DNA of 64,000 bases from an uncultured virus (IMG/VR IMGVR_UViG_3300033158_000302) (Duplodnaviria > Heunggongvirae > Uroviricota > Caudoviricetes), in the IMG/VR virus record IMGVR_UViG_3300033158_000302. One strand, 5' to 3'. The position numbers and the translations under genes were made by a program. The notes under the pieces were generated by a model. It saw nothing but the letters and a program-made list of their open reading frames with translations, made no database searches and was not told where the DNA came from. Every line of letters starts with the position of its first letter. Position 1 is the first letter of the stretch. Positions 34,416 through 43,281 of the stretch are shown here, piece after piece.

Positions 34416-37210
34416 TGGCTGCCACCCCCAGCCCCGCCGACGTCCGCGGCCGGGCCATTGAACTGATCACCGGAGTGTTCACCGAAGCCGGGGTACCGGC
34501 CGCGGACGCGACCGCCGCCGCCGAAGACGCGGTCGCCGGAGCGGAGAAAATGCGTGCCGCCGGGTCCTTCGCCGAACCCGCCGAACCTGACACGGCTACA
34601 GGTGTCGGCGCGGCCGGGCTGGAACACGAAAAGGTCGGCCACACCGACCAGGGACTGTGGCATCACAAAGGACTCCAGCTCCCCGCCTACATCGAGCACA
34701 TCGCCAACGACCTCATCGACGAACGGGGAATGACCGAATCGGAGGCCATCGCCACCGCGATCAGCCGGTGCAAACTGTGGTGCGCCGGCGGCGGCGGCGT
34801 CACCGCCGAGACCCGGGCCAAAGCATGCGAGGCCATCGCCCAATGGGAAGCGCTGAAAACAGGCGCCGACCTGACGCCCGCACACGCCGCCGGACCGGCC
34901 CCGGCGCAACTGCCGGCGCTGGTCACCATCCCCGGCGTCGACCTGCTCGCCACCGGCACCTGGGAACTGTCCACCGGCCGGCAAACCTTCACCCGCGACG
35001 ACCTGACGCACGCCATCCAAGGCGCCCAATGCCCCGCCGTCGGCGACCCGGTCATCAAAATCGGGCACCTCGACGACCGGTTCACCCCCAACGCCGGCGG
35101 GGACGCGGCCAGCCCCCCGGCAAGCAAAACCCGCGACGGGGAACCCGCCATCGGCCGCGTCACCAACATGCGGCTGACCACCGGCGGCAACAAAATCACC
35201 GGCGACCTGGCCGGCATGCCCGGCTGGCTCGGCGCCATCACCCCCTCAGCGTTCCCGCGGCGGTCGGTGGAAGGCCGCTACAACTTCACCTGCCAGATCG
35301 GCCACACCCACCCGTTCGTGGTCACCGCGGTCGCCTTGCTCGGCGTCACCCCACCCGGTGTCGGTGTGCTGTCCGGCCTGGACGACATCGCGCGCCTGTA
35401 TGGGCTCACCGCCTCCGCGTCCGGTGGGCAGCCCTGGCGAACCCAGCCCACCGGCGACCAGGAGAACCCGATGCCCGCAACCAGCCCCGTCACCGAGGAA
35501 GATGTCCGCCGCGCCTTCTACAACGCCGGCACCCCGCAAACCCGGTGGATCACCGAACTGCAGATGGCCCCCGCCCAGCTCATCGTCGCTGACGAAGCCG
35601 ACGGGAAACTCTACCGGGTCCCGTTCCAGCTCGACGGCACCACCGTCACCTTCCAGCAGCCCCACGAAATCGCCGTCACCTACAGCGACGTCGCCGCGGC
35701 CCGCGGCACCGGCCCCGTCATCGTGTTCGCCTCCGCCGCCGAATCCCGGGCCGTCATCGAGGCAGGCACCCTCCCGCCAGGACTGGCCGCCTACGAGAAG
35801 AAAAAGAAAGCCCAGACCAGCAGCGACGGCGGCGGCGGCAGTAGCGGGGACAGCGGCGGCGGCGGCAGCGGGGACAGCGGTGGCGGCAGCAGCGGCGGCT
35901 ACCAGATCAAGGTCGGTGTCAAAGGCTGCTTCGGGCACGCCGTCGTCGACTCCGCCGGGAAACTCGTGCCCGGCGGCTGCCACCCCGACGAGGCCAGCGC
36001 CCAGCAGTTCCTGAACACCCTCACCAAAGGCGGCAAAAGCACGGCCGCCGCCGCGCTCGGCACCTGGGACGGAAACGCCGCCGTCCGCAACCTCGGCGAC
36101 AACCCGACCAGCACCCAGATCCACGCCCTGTTCGCGCTGCCCGGCGACACCAAAACCGACTCCAAACTCCCCCACCACAACGTGTCCTCCACCGGGGAAG
36201 TCGGCGCCCCCAACGGGCGGGCCTGCGTCGCCGCGATCGCCGCGATCAACGGCGCGCACGGCGGCCTGGCCGGCACCAGCCCGGCCGCCAAGAAAACCGC
36301 CTACAACCACCTCGCCGCCCACCTGCGGGACCTGAACCTCAACGTCCCGGACTTCGCCGGCAGCGCCGAACAATTCGACGCCGCCTTCGCGGGCCTGCTC
36401 GCCGCCGCTGAAACCGCCCTGGCCAGCCACGAATCCGCACCGGATGACGGGGAAACGGTCGCCGAACTGGACCTGGACGGCAACATCATCTTCGACGCCG
36501 ACGGGGACGCGCTCGCCGCCGCGAGCCACGGCGCCTGCGACACCACCCACAGCCACGCCCACCCGGCGATGGGCTCCCAGGGCGGCGACGCCACCCACAC
36601 CCACGAGCACTCCCACTCCGGGGACGCCTCCCACGACCACCAGCACGACACCTCCGCCGCCGCAGCGGCCAACACCGAAGGGAACCCCGCCAACATGGAG
36701 TTCACAACCGAACAGCAGGCCGCGATGAGGTCGCGGCTCGGGCTGAAAGACGGCGAACCGCTCACCCCCGAGCGGATCGCCGCCGCGTTCGGCGCACCGG
36801 CAGCCCCGGTCGCCGCCGCCTCCCCCGACGGCAACACCGAACTGCCGCCGATTTCCGACGGCACCTACCTGGTAGACGCCTCCATCCTGAAGGACTACCA
36901 GGCCCGCGCCGCCGCCGGCGACGCCGCCGCCCACCGGCTGCGCATCTCCGAACGCGACACGATCCTGGCCGCAGCCATCCAGGAAGGGAAATTCCCCCGC
37001 GCCCGCCTGGAGCACTACCAGAAGATGTGGGACGGCGATCCCGAAGGCGCCCGCAACCACGTCGCCGCCCTCGCCGCCGGGCTGGTCCCCATGGTCCCGA
37101 CCGGCCGCCCCGGCACCGACGCTGACATGCCCGGCGACTTCGAGGACCAGGCGGCGTACCGGGCGCTGTACCCCGACGAGTTCCCTGCTGCACGGACCGG
37201 AGGCCGCTGA
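34415..37210 (+). CDS. Prohead protease/scaffold fusion (Mu gpI-like) with accessory domains
   Basis: GTW, VIKIGH, GEPAIGRV, FPRRSVEG protease motifs; C-terminal AI.EGKF..AR..HY...W..DPEG scaffold. Confidence 0.8.
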   Translation: MAATPSPADVRGRAIELITGVFTEAGVPAADATAAAEDAVAGAEKMRAAGSFAEPAEPDTATGVGAAGLEHEKVGHTDQGLWHHKGLQLPAYIEHIANDLIDERGMTESEAIATAISRCKLWCAGGGGVTAETRAKACEAIAQWEALKTGADLTPAHAAGPAPAQLPALVTIPGVDLLATGTWELSTGRQTFTRDDLTHAIQGAQCPAVGDPVIKIGHLDDRFTPNAGGDAASPPASKTRDGEPAIGRVTNMRLTTGGNKITGDLAGMPGWLGAITPSAFPRRSVEGRYNFTCQIGHTHPFVVTAVALLGVTPPGVGVLSGLDDIARLYGLTASASGGQPWRTQPTGDQENPMPATSPVTEEDVRRAFYNAGTPQTRWITELQMAPAQLIVADEADGKLYRVPFQLDGTTVTFQQPHEIAVTYSDVAAARGTGPVIVFASAAESRAVIEAGTLPPGLAAYEKKKKAQTSSDGGGGSSGDSGGGGSGDSGGGSSGGYQIKVGVKGCFGHAVVDSAGKLVPGGCHPDEASAQQFLNTLTKGGKSTAAAALGTWDGNAAVRNLGDNPTSTQIHALFALPGDTKTDSKLPHHNVSSTGEVGAPNGRACVAAIAAINGAHGGLAGTSPAAKKTAYNHLAAHLRDLNLNVPDFAGSAEQFDAAFAGLLAAAETALASHESAPDDGETVAELDLDGNIIFDADGDALAAASHGACDTTHSHAHPAMGSQGGDATHTHEHSHSGDASHDHQHDTSAAAAANTEGNPANMEFTTEQQAAMRSRLGLKDGEPLTPERIAAAFGAPAAPVAAASPDGNTELPPISDGTYLVDASILKDYQARAAAGDAAAHRLRISERDTILAAAIQEGKFPRARLEHYQKMWDGDPEGARNHVAALAAGLVPMVPTGRPGTDADMPGDFEDQAAYRALYPDEFPAARTGGR

Positions 37211-37213
37211 GCT

Positions 37214-37594
37214 ATGGCTGACTACGCTCCCGTTTACGGCAAGCCGCAAGCGATGACCTTCACCGCCGGCGGCACCATCACCGGCGGCCAGGTCCTCGCG
37301 ATCGCCGCCGACGGCACCGTCTCCCCCGCCGGCGCCAACGCCGCCAACTTCATCGGCGTCTCCGCGCACGACGCCGCCACCGGCGCCGCCGTCACCGTCC
37401 TGATGGGCTCCGGCGTCGTCCACGAAACCAACGTCAACGCCTCCACCTCGGCCGGCGCCATGGTGTTCGCCGGCGCCGCCTCCACCGGCGAACTCGGCGC
37501 CGCCAACAGCTCCTACAGCGTCGCGATCGGGCTCGCGCTGAAGACCACGATGACCGCCCACACAACGCTGCGGTGGAAGTCGCTGGTCGGCTGA
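37214..37594 (+). CDS. Capsid cement/decoration protein (DUF2190-like)
   Basis: T.TA.G.ITGGQ, IGV.AHDAATG..VTV, IGLAL. Confidence 0.75.
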   Translation: MADYAPVYGKPQAMTFTAGGTITGGQVLAIAADGTVSPAGANAANFIGVSAHDAATGAAVTVLMGSGVVHETNVNASTSAGAMVFAGAASTGELGAANSSYSVAIGLALKTTMTAHTTLRWKSLVG

Positions 37595-37600
37595 GCGCCC

Positions 37601-38020
37601 ATGGCCGACTACTCCCCGGTCCTGCTGCCCGGCCTCACCATGACCTCGGTTGCCGCCGGCTCCATCACCGGCGGGGACCCGGTAGAAGTCGCCGGATCCG
37701 GCACCGTCCAGAAAACCACCCAAGGCCCATCCGCCGGGCTCGGCTCCGCCAAATGTATCGGGGTCGCCGCAAACGATGCGGTCACCGGAGCCCGGGTCAC
37801 TATCGTCGTCGACCGGGTCGTGCATGAAGGTGCCGCCGACGGCGCCGTCAACGCCGGCGACCAGCTCATGTCGTCCTCGATAGCCGGCCGCCAGGTCAAA
37901 AAGGTCCCCGACACGGGCGGGTCACCCGGCAAAGCCGACGTCGACCAGGCCCGCGTCATCATCGGTATCGCCCTGACCACCGCCGTCGACGGCGGCACCG
38001 TCCGGTGGATGCAGAAGTAA
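37601..38020 (+). CDS. Capsid cement/decoration protein (DUF2190-like), second paralog
   Basis: MADY.PV start and the same motifs as the upstream gene. Confidence 0.75.
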   Translation: MADYSPVLLPGLTMTSVAAGSITGGDPVEVAGSGTVQKTTQGPSAGLGSAKCIGVAANDAVTGARVTIVVDRVVHEGAADGAVNAGDQLMSSSIAGRQVKKVPDTGGSPGKADVDQARVIIGIALTTAVDGGTVRWMQK

Positions 38021-38209
38021 GGCCCCGGCGGGGCGGCAGCAACCTAGGTGGCCCGGGCGGGTTTCACACCCCGCGCCAGCCCGCGCCGCGGCCGTAAAGA
38101 TCAACGCGGCCGGCCTGGCAAGCCCTGATCCGGCTGCTCGGCTTGCTAGCGGCACACCCAATCAACCCCGCCGGAACACCCAGCGTACCGGCAGCAAGGA
38201 AGGCATCCG

Positions 38210-38545
38210 ATGGCAATCGACGACCTCGGCGAAGCCGCCATCGAACAGGAAATCCAGGCTAAGGGCCTGACCGCGCCACGACTGACCCCCGCCGGCCTGG
38301 ACGCGAAAATCACCGGCGAGCAATACCACGTGTTCCCCGGCACCACCCTGACCGTCTGCTGCCTGACCCTGGAAAACGGGTTCGCCGTCACCGGTGAATC
38401 AGCCGCCGCCAGCCCCGGCAACTTCGACGCCGAAACCGGCCGGAAAATCGCTCGCGCCGAGGCCCGCGACAAAATCTGGCAGCTCGAAGGCTATCTGCTC
38501 CGCCAGCGGCTGCACGAGGCCGAAACCAGCCAGCCTGCCACGTAG
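38210..38545 (+). CDS. Gp49 (N4 gp49/Sf6 gp66)-family protein, Acb4-like anti-CBASS sponge
   Basis: APRLTP...I, TLTVC.L.LENGF.VTGESA..SP.NFD.E.G.KIA...A.DKIW.LEGYLL. Confidence 0.85.
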   Translation: MAIDDLGEAAIEQEIQAKGLTAPRLTPAGLDAKITGEQYHVFPGTTLTVCCLTLENGFAVTGESAAASPGNFDAETGRKIARAEARDKIWQLEGYLLRQRLHEAETSQPAT

Positions 38546-38626
38546 CACGTCCCCGCACGCCCTGCCTGGCACTGCACGCCCCCACCGCGCCGGGGGGACC
38601 CGCCCATCACGAAAGGACCACGGGCA

Positions 38627-39583
38627 ATGCCCCACATCTACCCGCCGGCGCCCCCGTCCCTGTCCGGGGACATCCTCACCATCTCCCGGTTCCTCAACGC
38701 GCCGGCGCTGGTGCAGCGCCGCCTGCGCACCATCGCCGAAGCCCGCTTCATCGCCGACAGTATCCTTCAGGGCCGCTACGAAACGAGCGGCGGCGCGCTC
38801 CTGTATGAACAGACCGAATCCATCTACACCAGCAAGGCGCCGGAGGCCGTCAACGCCGGAGCCGAATACCCGAGGTCACCGGCCGCACCCGGCCCCGCCG
38901 CGCTCGCCGCCGTCACCAAATGGGGCCAGGACGTCCCCGTCACGGACGAACATATACACAGGTACGGACGCCGGGCTGTTGATATTGCCCTGCTCAAGAT
39001 CACAAACTACTTGGTCAAGCAGGTGGACTCCACCGCGATGACCCTGATCGGCGCCGCGGTGCCCGCAGCGAACCAGATCACACAGGTCGCCTCCTGGGCA
39101 ACGACCGCAAGTTCCAACATTCTCCTCGATTTGACGACAGCAGCCGCCAAGATCGCCAGTTATGATCAAGGCTACGAGGCGGACACCATCGTCACCACAG
39201 ACCTCGGCAAAGCCAGAATCATCGCAGATCGCAACATCATCGCTGGCCTGTCCCGTGAGTCCGGCGGCGGGATCGGCACCGCCACGGTCACCGCGACCGG
39301 CGACATCGAAACCGTCGCCGGCATGCGGATCTTCGCCACCAACAACATCCCGACGCTGGCCTCGTTCAACGCCTTCGTGCTGGACAGCAGCATGGTCGGC
39401 GGCCTCGCCTTCGAGAGGCTTGAGAGCCCTGAGTATGCCGGGGACCCTGCTAACGGTGTGGAGAGCTGGACCAGGCGTGACCCCGCAGCCAACGACCAGT
39501 GGCTGATCCGTGGGCGGCGTCCTGTGGTGCCTGTGATTCAGGAGCCCAACGCGATCGCGGCGATCAGCGGCACCACCGGCTGA
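38627..39583 (+). CDS. Major capsid protein (HK97 fold)
   Basis: Position after cement genes; PE.V..G.EYP, KWGQD..VTDE, P.IQEP.A; AAAGGA RBS. Confidence 0.85.
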   Translation: MPHIYPPAPPSLSGDILTISRFLNAPALVQRRLRTIAEARFIADSILQGRYETSGGALLYEQTESIYTSKAPEAVNAGAEYPRSPAAPGPAALAAVTKWGQDVPVTDEHIHRYGRRAVDIALLKITNYLVKQVDSTAMTLIGAAVPAANQITQVASWATTASSNILLDLTTAAAKIASYDQGYEADTIVTTDLGKARIIADRNIIAGLSRESGGGIGTATVTATGDIETVAGMRIFATNNIPTLASFNAFVLDSSMVGGLAFERLESPEYAGDPANGVESWTRRDPAANDQWLIRGRRPVVPVIQEPNAIAAISGTTG

Positions 39584-39636
39584 CCAGTCCCGTCACCCCC
39601 CACGAGCCAGCCCACTCCCCAGAACAGGAAGTCTCC

Positions 39637-40083
39637 ATGGGTACACAAGACCAGGTCGTGTGGCCGTCGGTGAACATCCCCGGCGCCACCTACCAGCGCG
39701 GCGCGCTGCTGCCGGACGCGGTCACCGACGAGGAAAGCGACTACCGGGCGCTGCTGCGGATCGGCGGGGCGCTGCGCGTCGTCGAAGTCGTCTACACCCC
39801 CGAAGAACTCGCGGCGATGGCCGGGGAACGCGCCGAGACGACCGCCGTCCGGGAAGCCGCCCTGAGCACCGACCCGGCCGCACCCAGCGGGGAAGCCACC
39901 GCCGGCGGTGCCAGTCCCGGGCGGCCGACCCTCGCCGAGCCGTCCGGTGCCCCCATCGTCGTCGGCTCCGAGGAAGACAAGGCCAGCCGCAGCCGGTCAT
40001 CCCGCAGCAGCGGCGGCGCCGGCGGCGGTGGCGGCACTGCCAGCGGAAGCGGCGGGGCCGGCAGCAAGACCACCGCCACCTGA
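39637..40083 (+). CDS. Head-associated protein, paralog of 45795-46133
   Basis: QV.W..V...Y.R...LP......R..L..GGALR.V.V. Confidence 0.65.
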   Translation: MGTQDQVVWPSVNIPGATYQRGALLPDAVTDEESDYRALLRIGGALRVVEVVYTPEELAAMAGERAETTAVREAALSTDPAAPSGEATAGGASPGRPTLAEPSGAPIVVGSEEDKASRSRSSRSSGGAGGGGGTASGSGGAGSKTTAT

Positions 40084-40407
40084 CCCGCCCGCCAGCGCGG
40101 TCCCGGTTTCGTGCTGGCAGTCACACCACGTCGGCGACGGCTCCGGCCGCCGGTCCCGGTGGGATCGCAGCACCTGGCCGCTGGCCTCGATCTGCGCGGC
40201 ACCGTACAGCGACAGGCACAGCCCGTGAGCGAACTGCGCCTGCTGAACGTCGCCGCGGGCGCTGGCTTCCCCGGCCAGACGGCACGGCGTGCAGATCACC
40301 AGGGGCCGCCTTCGGCGCTCGCGTCATCCATGTTCCCCACCGTACTGGCCACGCCAGCGGTGACCCCTCACTCCGGGCCGCGCCCGGCACCCGTAAAGGA
40401 GCCGTTT

Positions 40408-41067
40408 ATGCCGAATGAGGCTAAAGACGTCATGCTCGTGTTCCCGCACCCGGGAACCGTCGCCGCCGACTTCGCCCTGTCCCTGGTGTCCGTCACCCGC
40501 GACCCCACCCGGATCGCCGGCATCGCCGACCTGCGCACCGGGCCGTTCATGTCCGGCGCCCGCAACGACCTGGCCGGCCTGTTCCTCGCCTCCGGGCTGG
40601 AATGGCTGTGGATGGTAGACGCCGACATGGTGTTCAACGAGCACACCCTGCCCGCCATGCTGGCCTGGGCCGACCCGGAAGAGGTGCCGCTGCTCGGCGC
40701 CTACTGCTGGGCGATGACCCGCGACGGTGCCATGGTCGTCACCGCCTACCGGGCCGACAAAGACGACAACGGCCGGTTCGGCCTATCGTCGCTGATCGCC
40801 ACCGACCTGCCGGACAACAGCCTGGTCAAAGTGGAAGCGACCGGCGCCGCCTGCCTGCTCGCGCACCGCACCGTGTTCACCCGCATCAACACCCACACCG
40901 GAACCGACCAGCAATGGTTCAATGAGCAGACCATTGATGGGCGGCCGTTCGGGGAAGACCTGTCCTTCTGCCTGCGGGCCGGCGCCGCCGGCATCCCCCT
41001 CTACGTGCACACCGGCATCCAGGCCGGCCACATGCGGGACATGCAGCTCGGCCAGGTCCACCCGTGA
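40408..41067 (+). CDS. GT-A fold glycosyltransferase
   Basis: ARN, WMVDADM (DxD), TGAACLL.HR, GEDLSFC.R; AAAGGAG RBS. Confidence 0.85.
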   Translation: MPNEAKDVMLVFPHPGTVAADFALSLVSVTRDPTRIAGIADLRTGPFMSGARNDLAGLFLASGLEWLWMVDADMVFNEHTLPAMLAWADPEEVPLLGAYCWAMTRDGAMVVTAYRADKDDNGRFGLSSLIATDLPDNSLVKVEATGAACLLAHRTVFTRINTHTGTDQQWFNEQTIDGRPFGEDLSFCLRAGAAGIPLYVHTGIQAGHMRDMQLGQVHP

Positions 41068-41750
41068 ACATCGCCACCATCCCCGCCTGGTCCATCCTCA
41101 TCGCCACCTGCCCGGCCCGGGCAACCGCCCTCGCCGGGCTGCTGGACGCCCTGCGCCCCCAAGCCGAACGGGCCTGGCCGCGCGTCGAAATCGTCGCCTA
41201 CCGCAACCCCGGCGGCCTCGACCTGACCGCGCTCGGCCACGTCCGCCAGGCCCTCCTCCACGACGCCCGCGGCGAGTTCGTGTCCTTCATCGACGACGAC
41301 GACATGACCGAACCCGATTTCGTGCCGCTCGTGCTGGACGCCATCGACAGCAGCCCGCCACCGGACTACATCGCGTTCGGGCACCGGTTCACCGACACCA
41401 CCATCCCCGGCCAGTGGGGCCGGGTCAGCACCGGGCTGATGTTCGACGGCTGGTACGACACGGTCAAGGGCTACGTCCGGGACATCACCCACGTCAACCC
41501 GGTCCGCGCCAGCATCGCCCGCGGATGCGGCGGTTTCGCGCCCGGCACCGGTCCCGAAGACCAGCGGTACGCGGCCGGGCTCCGCGCCGCCCTCAAAGGC
41601 CACCGCGATGCCGCCATCCCCCGGCAGCTCTACCACTACCGCCGCAACCAGGCCAACTCCGTCCAGTTCGGCACCATCCCCGAAAGCGTCCCCGGGCCAC
41701 TGCCGCAACCACCCGGACCCTGGTTCCGCTGGCACCCCGACAGCACCTGA
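41064..41750 (+). CDS. Glycosyltransferase family 2
   Basis: SILIAT.P.R, GEFVSFIDDDD, PED, LYHYR. Confidence 0.85.
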   Translation: MNIATIPAWSILIATCPARATALAGLLDALRPQAERAWPRVEIVAYRNPGGLDLTALGHVRQALLHDARGEFVSFIDDDDMTEPDFVPLVLDAIDSSPPPDYIAFGHRFTDTTIPGQWGRVSTGLMFDGWYDTVKGYVRDITHVNPVRASIARGCGGFAPGTGPEDQRYAAGLRAALKGHRDAAIPRQLYHYRRNQANSVQFGTIPESVPGPLPQPPGPWFRWHPDST

Positions 41751-41773
41751 GACGACAGGAGGACCCCAACGTT

Positions 41774-42742
41774 ATGCGTGTGCTCTGCACCGGCGCCGGC
41801 GGATTCATCGGCGGGCACCTCGCCGCCGCCCTGCTGGCCCGCGGCGACGAGGTCACCTGCGCCGACATCAAACCAGTCAGCGGCTGGATACAAGTCCACG
41901 ACGCCGCCCGGAACCTGGACCGGTGCGACCTGTCCGACTACCGTTTCGCGGTGCGGGCCGCCGGCGGCGCCGACGTCATCTTCCACCTGGCCGCCCAGGC
42001 CGGCGGCATGGGCTTCATCTCCACCCACAAAGCCGACTGCACCCTCAACATCCTCGCTGATGCCAACATGATCCGCGCCGCCCACTACCACGGCGCCGCG
42101 ATCTGGTACGCCTCATCCGCCTGCATCTACCCGCTGTCCCTCCAGCAGGCCCCCGACGCCCCCGACCTGGCTGAAGACATGGCCTACCCGCCGGAACCCG
42201 AAGAGGCTTACGGCTGGGAGAAGCTCTTTGCCGAACGCATGTATCAGGCGTTCGCCGACGACTACGGTGTCCATGTGCGCATCGGCCGGTACCAGTCCGT
42301 CTACGGCCCGCTCGGCGTGTGGCGCGGCGGGCGGGAAAAAGCCCCCACCGCCATCTGCCGGAAAATCGCCACCGCCCAGCTCACCGGGGCTAGGGCGATC
42401 GAGGTGTGGGGGGACGGCACCGCGATCCGCACCTTCACCTACATCGACGACGCGGTCGCCGCCACCCTCGCCATCACCGCCTCCGGCTACAGCCAGCCAC
42501 TCAACGCCGGCGCTGATGAGACGATGAGCATCGAGCAGCTTGTGGCCACCGTCGAAGACATCGCCGGATACCCGGTCGAACGCCACTGGGTGCCCGGCCC
42601 CGTCGGTGTCCCCGGCCGCCGCGGCTGCGACACCACCCGGGTCCGTGAGCACGCCGGATGGAAAGCGGAAGTCAGCGCCCGCGAAGGGCTGCACCGCACC
42701 TACGCCTGGGTGCATGACCGGGTGCAGGCGGAACTGGCGTGA
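41774..42742 (+). CDS. NAD-dependent epimerase, GDP-mannose 3,5-epimerase-like
   Basis: TGAGGFIG, GGMGFI, ASSACIYP, YGWEK, GGREKAP.AICRK, VWGDG. Confidence 0.9.
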   Translation: MRVLCTGAGGFIGGHLAAALLARGDEVTCADIKPVSGWIQVHDAARNLDRCDLSDYRFAVRAAGGADVIFHLAAQAGGMGFISTHKADCTLNILADANMIRAAHYHGAAIWYASSACIYPLSLQQAPDAPDLAEDMAYPPEPEEAYGWEKLFAERMYQAFADDYGVHVRIGRYQSVYGPLGVWRGGREKAPTAICRKIATAQLTGARAIEVWGDGTAIRTFTYIDDAVAATLAITASGYSQPLNAGADETMSIEQLVATVEDIAGYPVERHWVPGPVGVPGRRGCDTTRVREHAGWKAEVSAREGLHRTYAWVHDRVQAELA

Positions 42743-43281
42743 CCGTGACCACGCTGCAAGCTGAGTACCGCCGCCGCGCCGGGATCAGCCACGACATACA
42801 GCGGCAAATGCCGGTGCTGTACGCCTGGGCGCGATACGCCACCCACATCATCGAGCTGGGAGTCCGGTCCGGGAACTCCACCGCCGCGTTCCTGGCCGGC
42901 CTCGAACACGGCGGCGGGGAACTGTGGTCGGTTGACATCACCGACCCCGACGTCCCTGCCGCCTGGCGGGACCTGCCTTTCTGGCATCTGCACACCGGCG
43001 ATGACACCAGCCCCGAGGCGATCAAATTCTGCCCCGATGAAGCCGACGTGCTGTTCATCGACACCAGCCACGCCTACGGGCACACCATGACCGAACTGGA
43101 GGTGTACGTGCCGAAACTGCGGCCCGGCGGGGTCGCGCTGCTGCACGACACCTGCGCTGGCCCCTACGGGTCCTGGCCGGACGTGCCCCGCGCCCTGGAC
43201 GACTGGACCCGCCAGGCCGGCCTGGAATGGTACAACCATCCCTGGTGGCATGGGCTCGGCGTCATCGAAATCCCGCAGTGA
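42739..43281 (+). CDS. Class I SAM-dependent methyltransferase (Methyltransf_24-like)
   Basis: IELGVRSGNST, LFIDTSH.Y, L.PGG..LLHD. Confidence 0.85.
   Translation: MTVTTLQAEYRRRAGISHDIQRQMPVLYAWARYATHIIELGVRSGNSTAAFLAGLEHGGGELWSVDITDPDVPAAWRDLPFWHLHTGDDTSPEAIKFCPDEADVLFIDTSHAYGHTMTELEVYVPKLRPGGVALLHDTCAGPYGSWPDVPRALDDWTRQAGLEWYNHPWWHGLGVIEIPQ

Noticed and set aside
35820..35900. GGC/AGC-rich tandem repeats
   Set aside because: Simply encode a Gly/Ser linker in the scaffold protein
35246..37825. 859-aa minus-strand ORF (and similar ones at 53484-55436 and 48010-49311)
   Set aside because: Antisense shadows of well-supported plus-strand genes, expected at this GC content
38021..38200. SAM-IV, c-di-AMP or c-di-GMP riboswitch, or tRNA
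   Set aside because: Only scattered words match; order and consensus do not fit, so it is kept as an unassigned structured region
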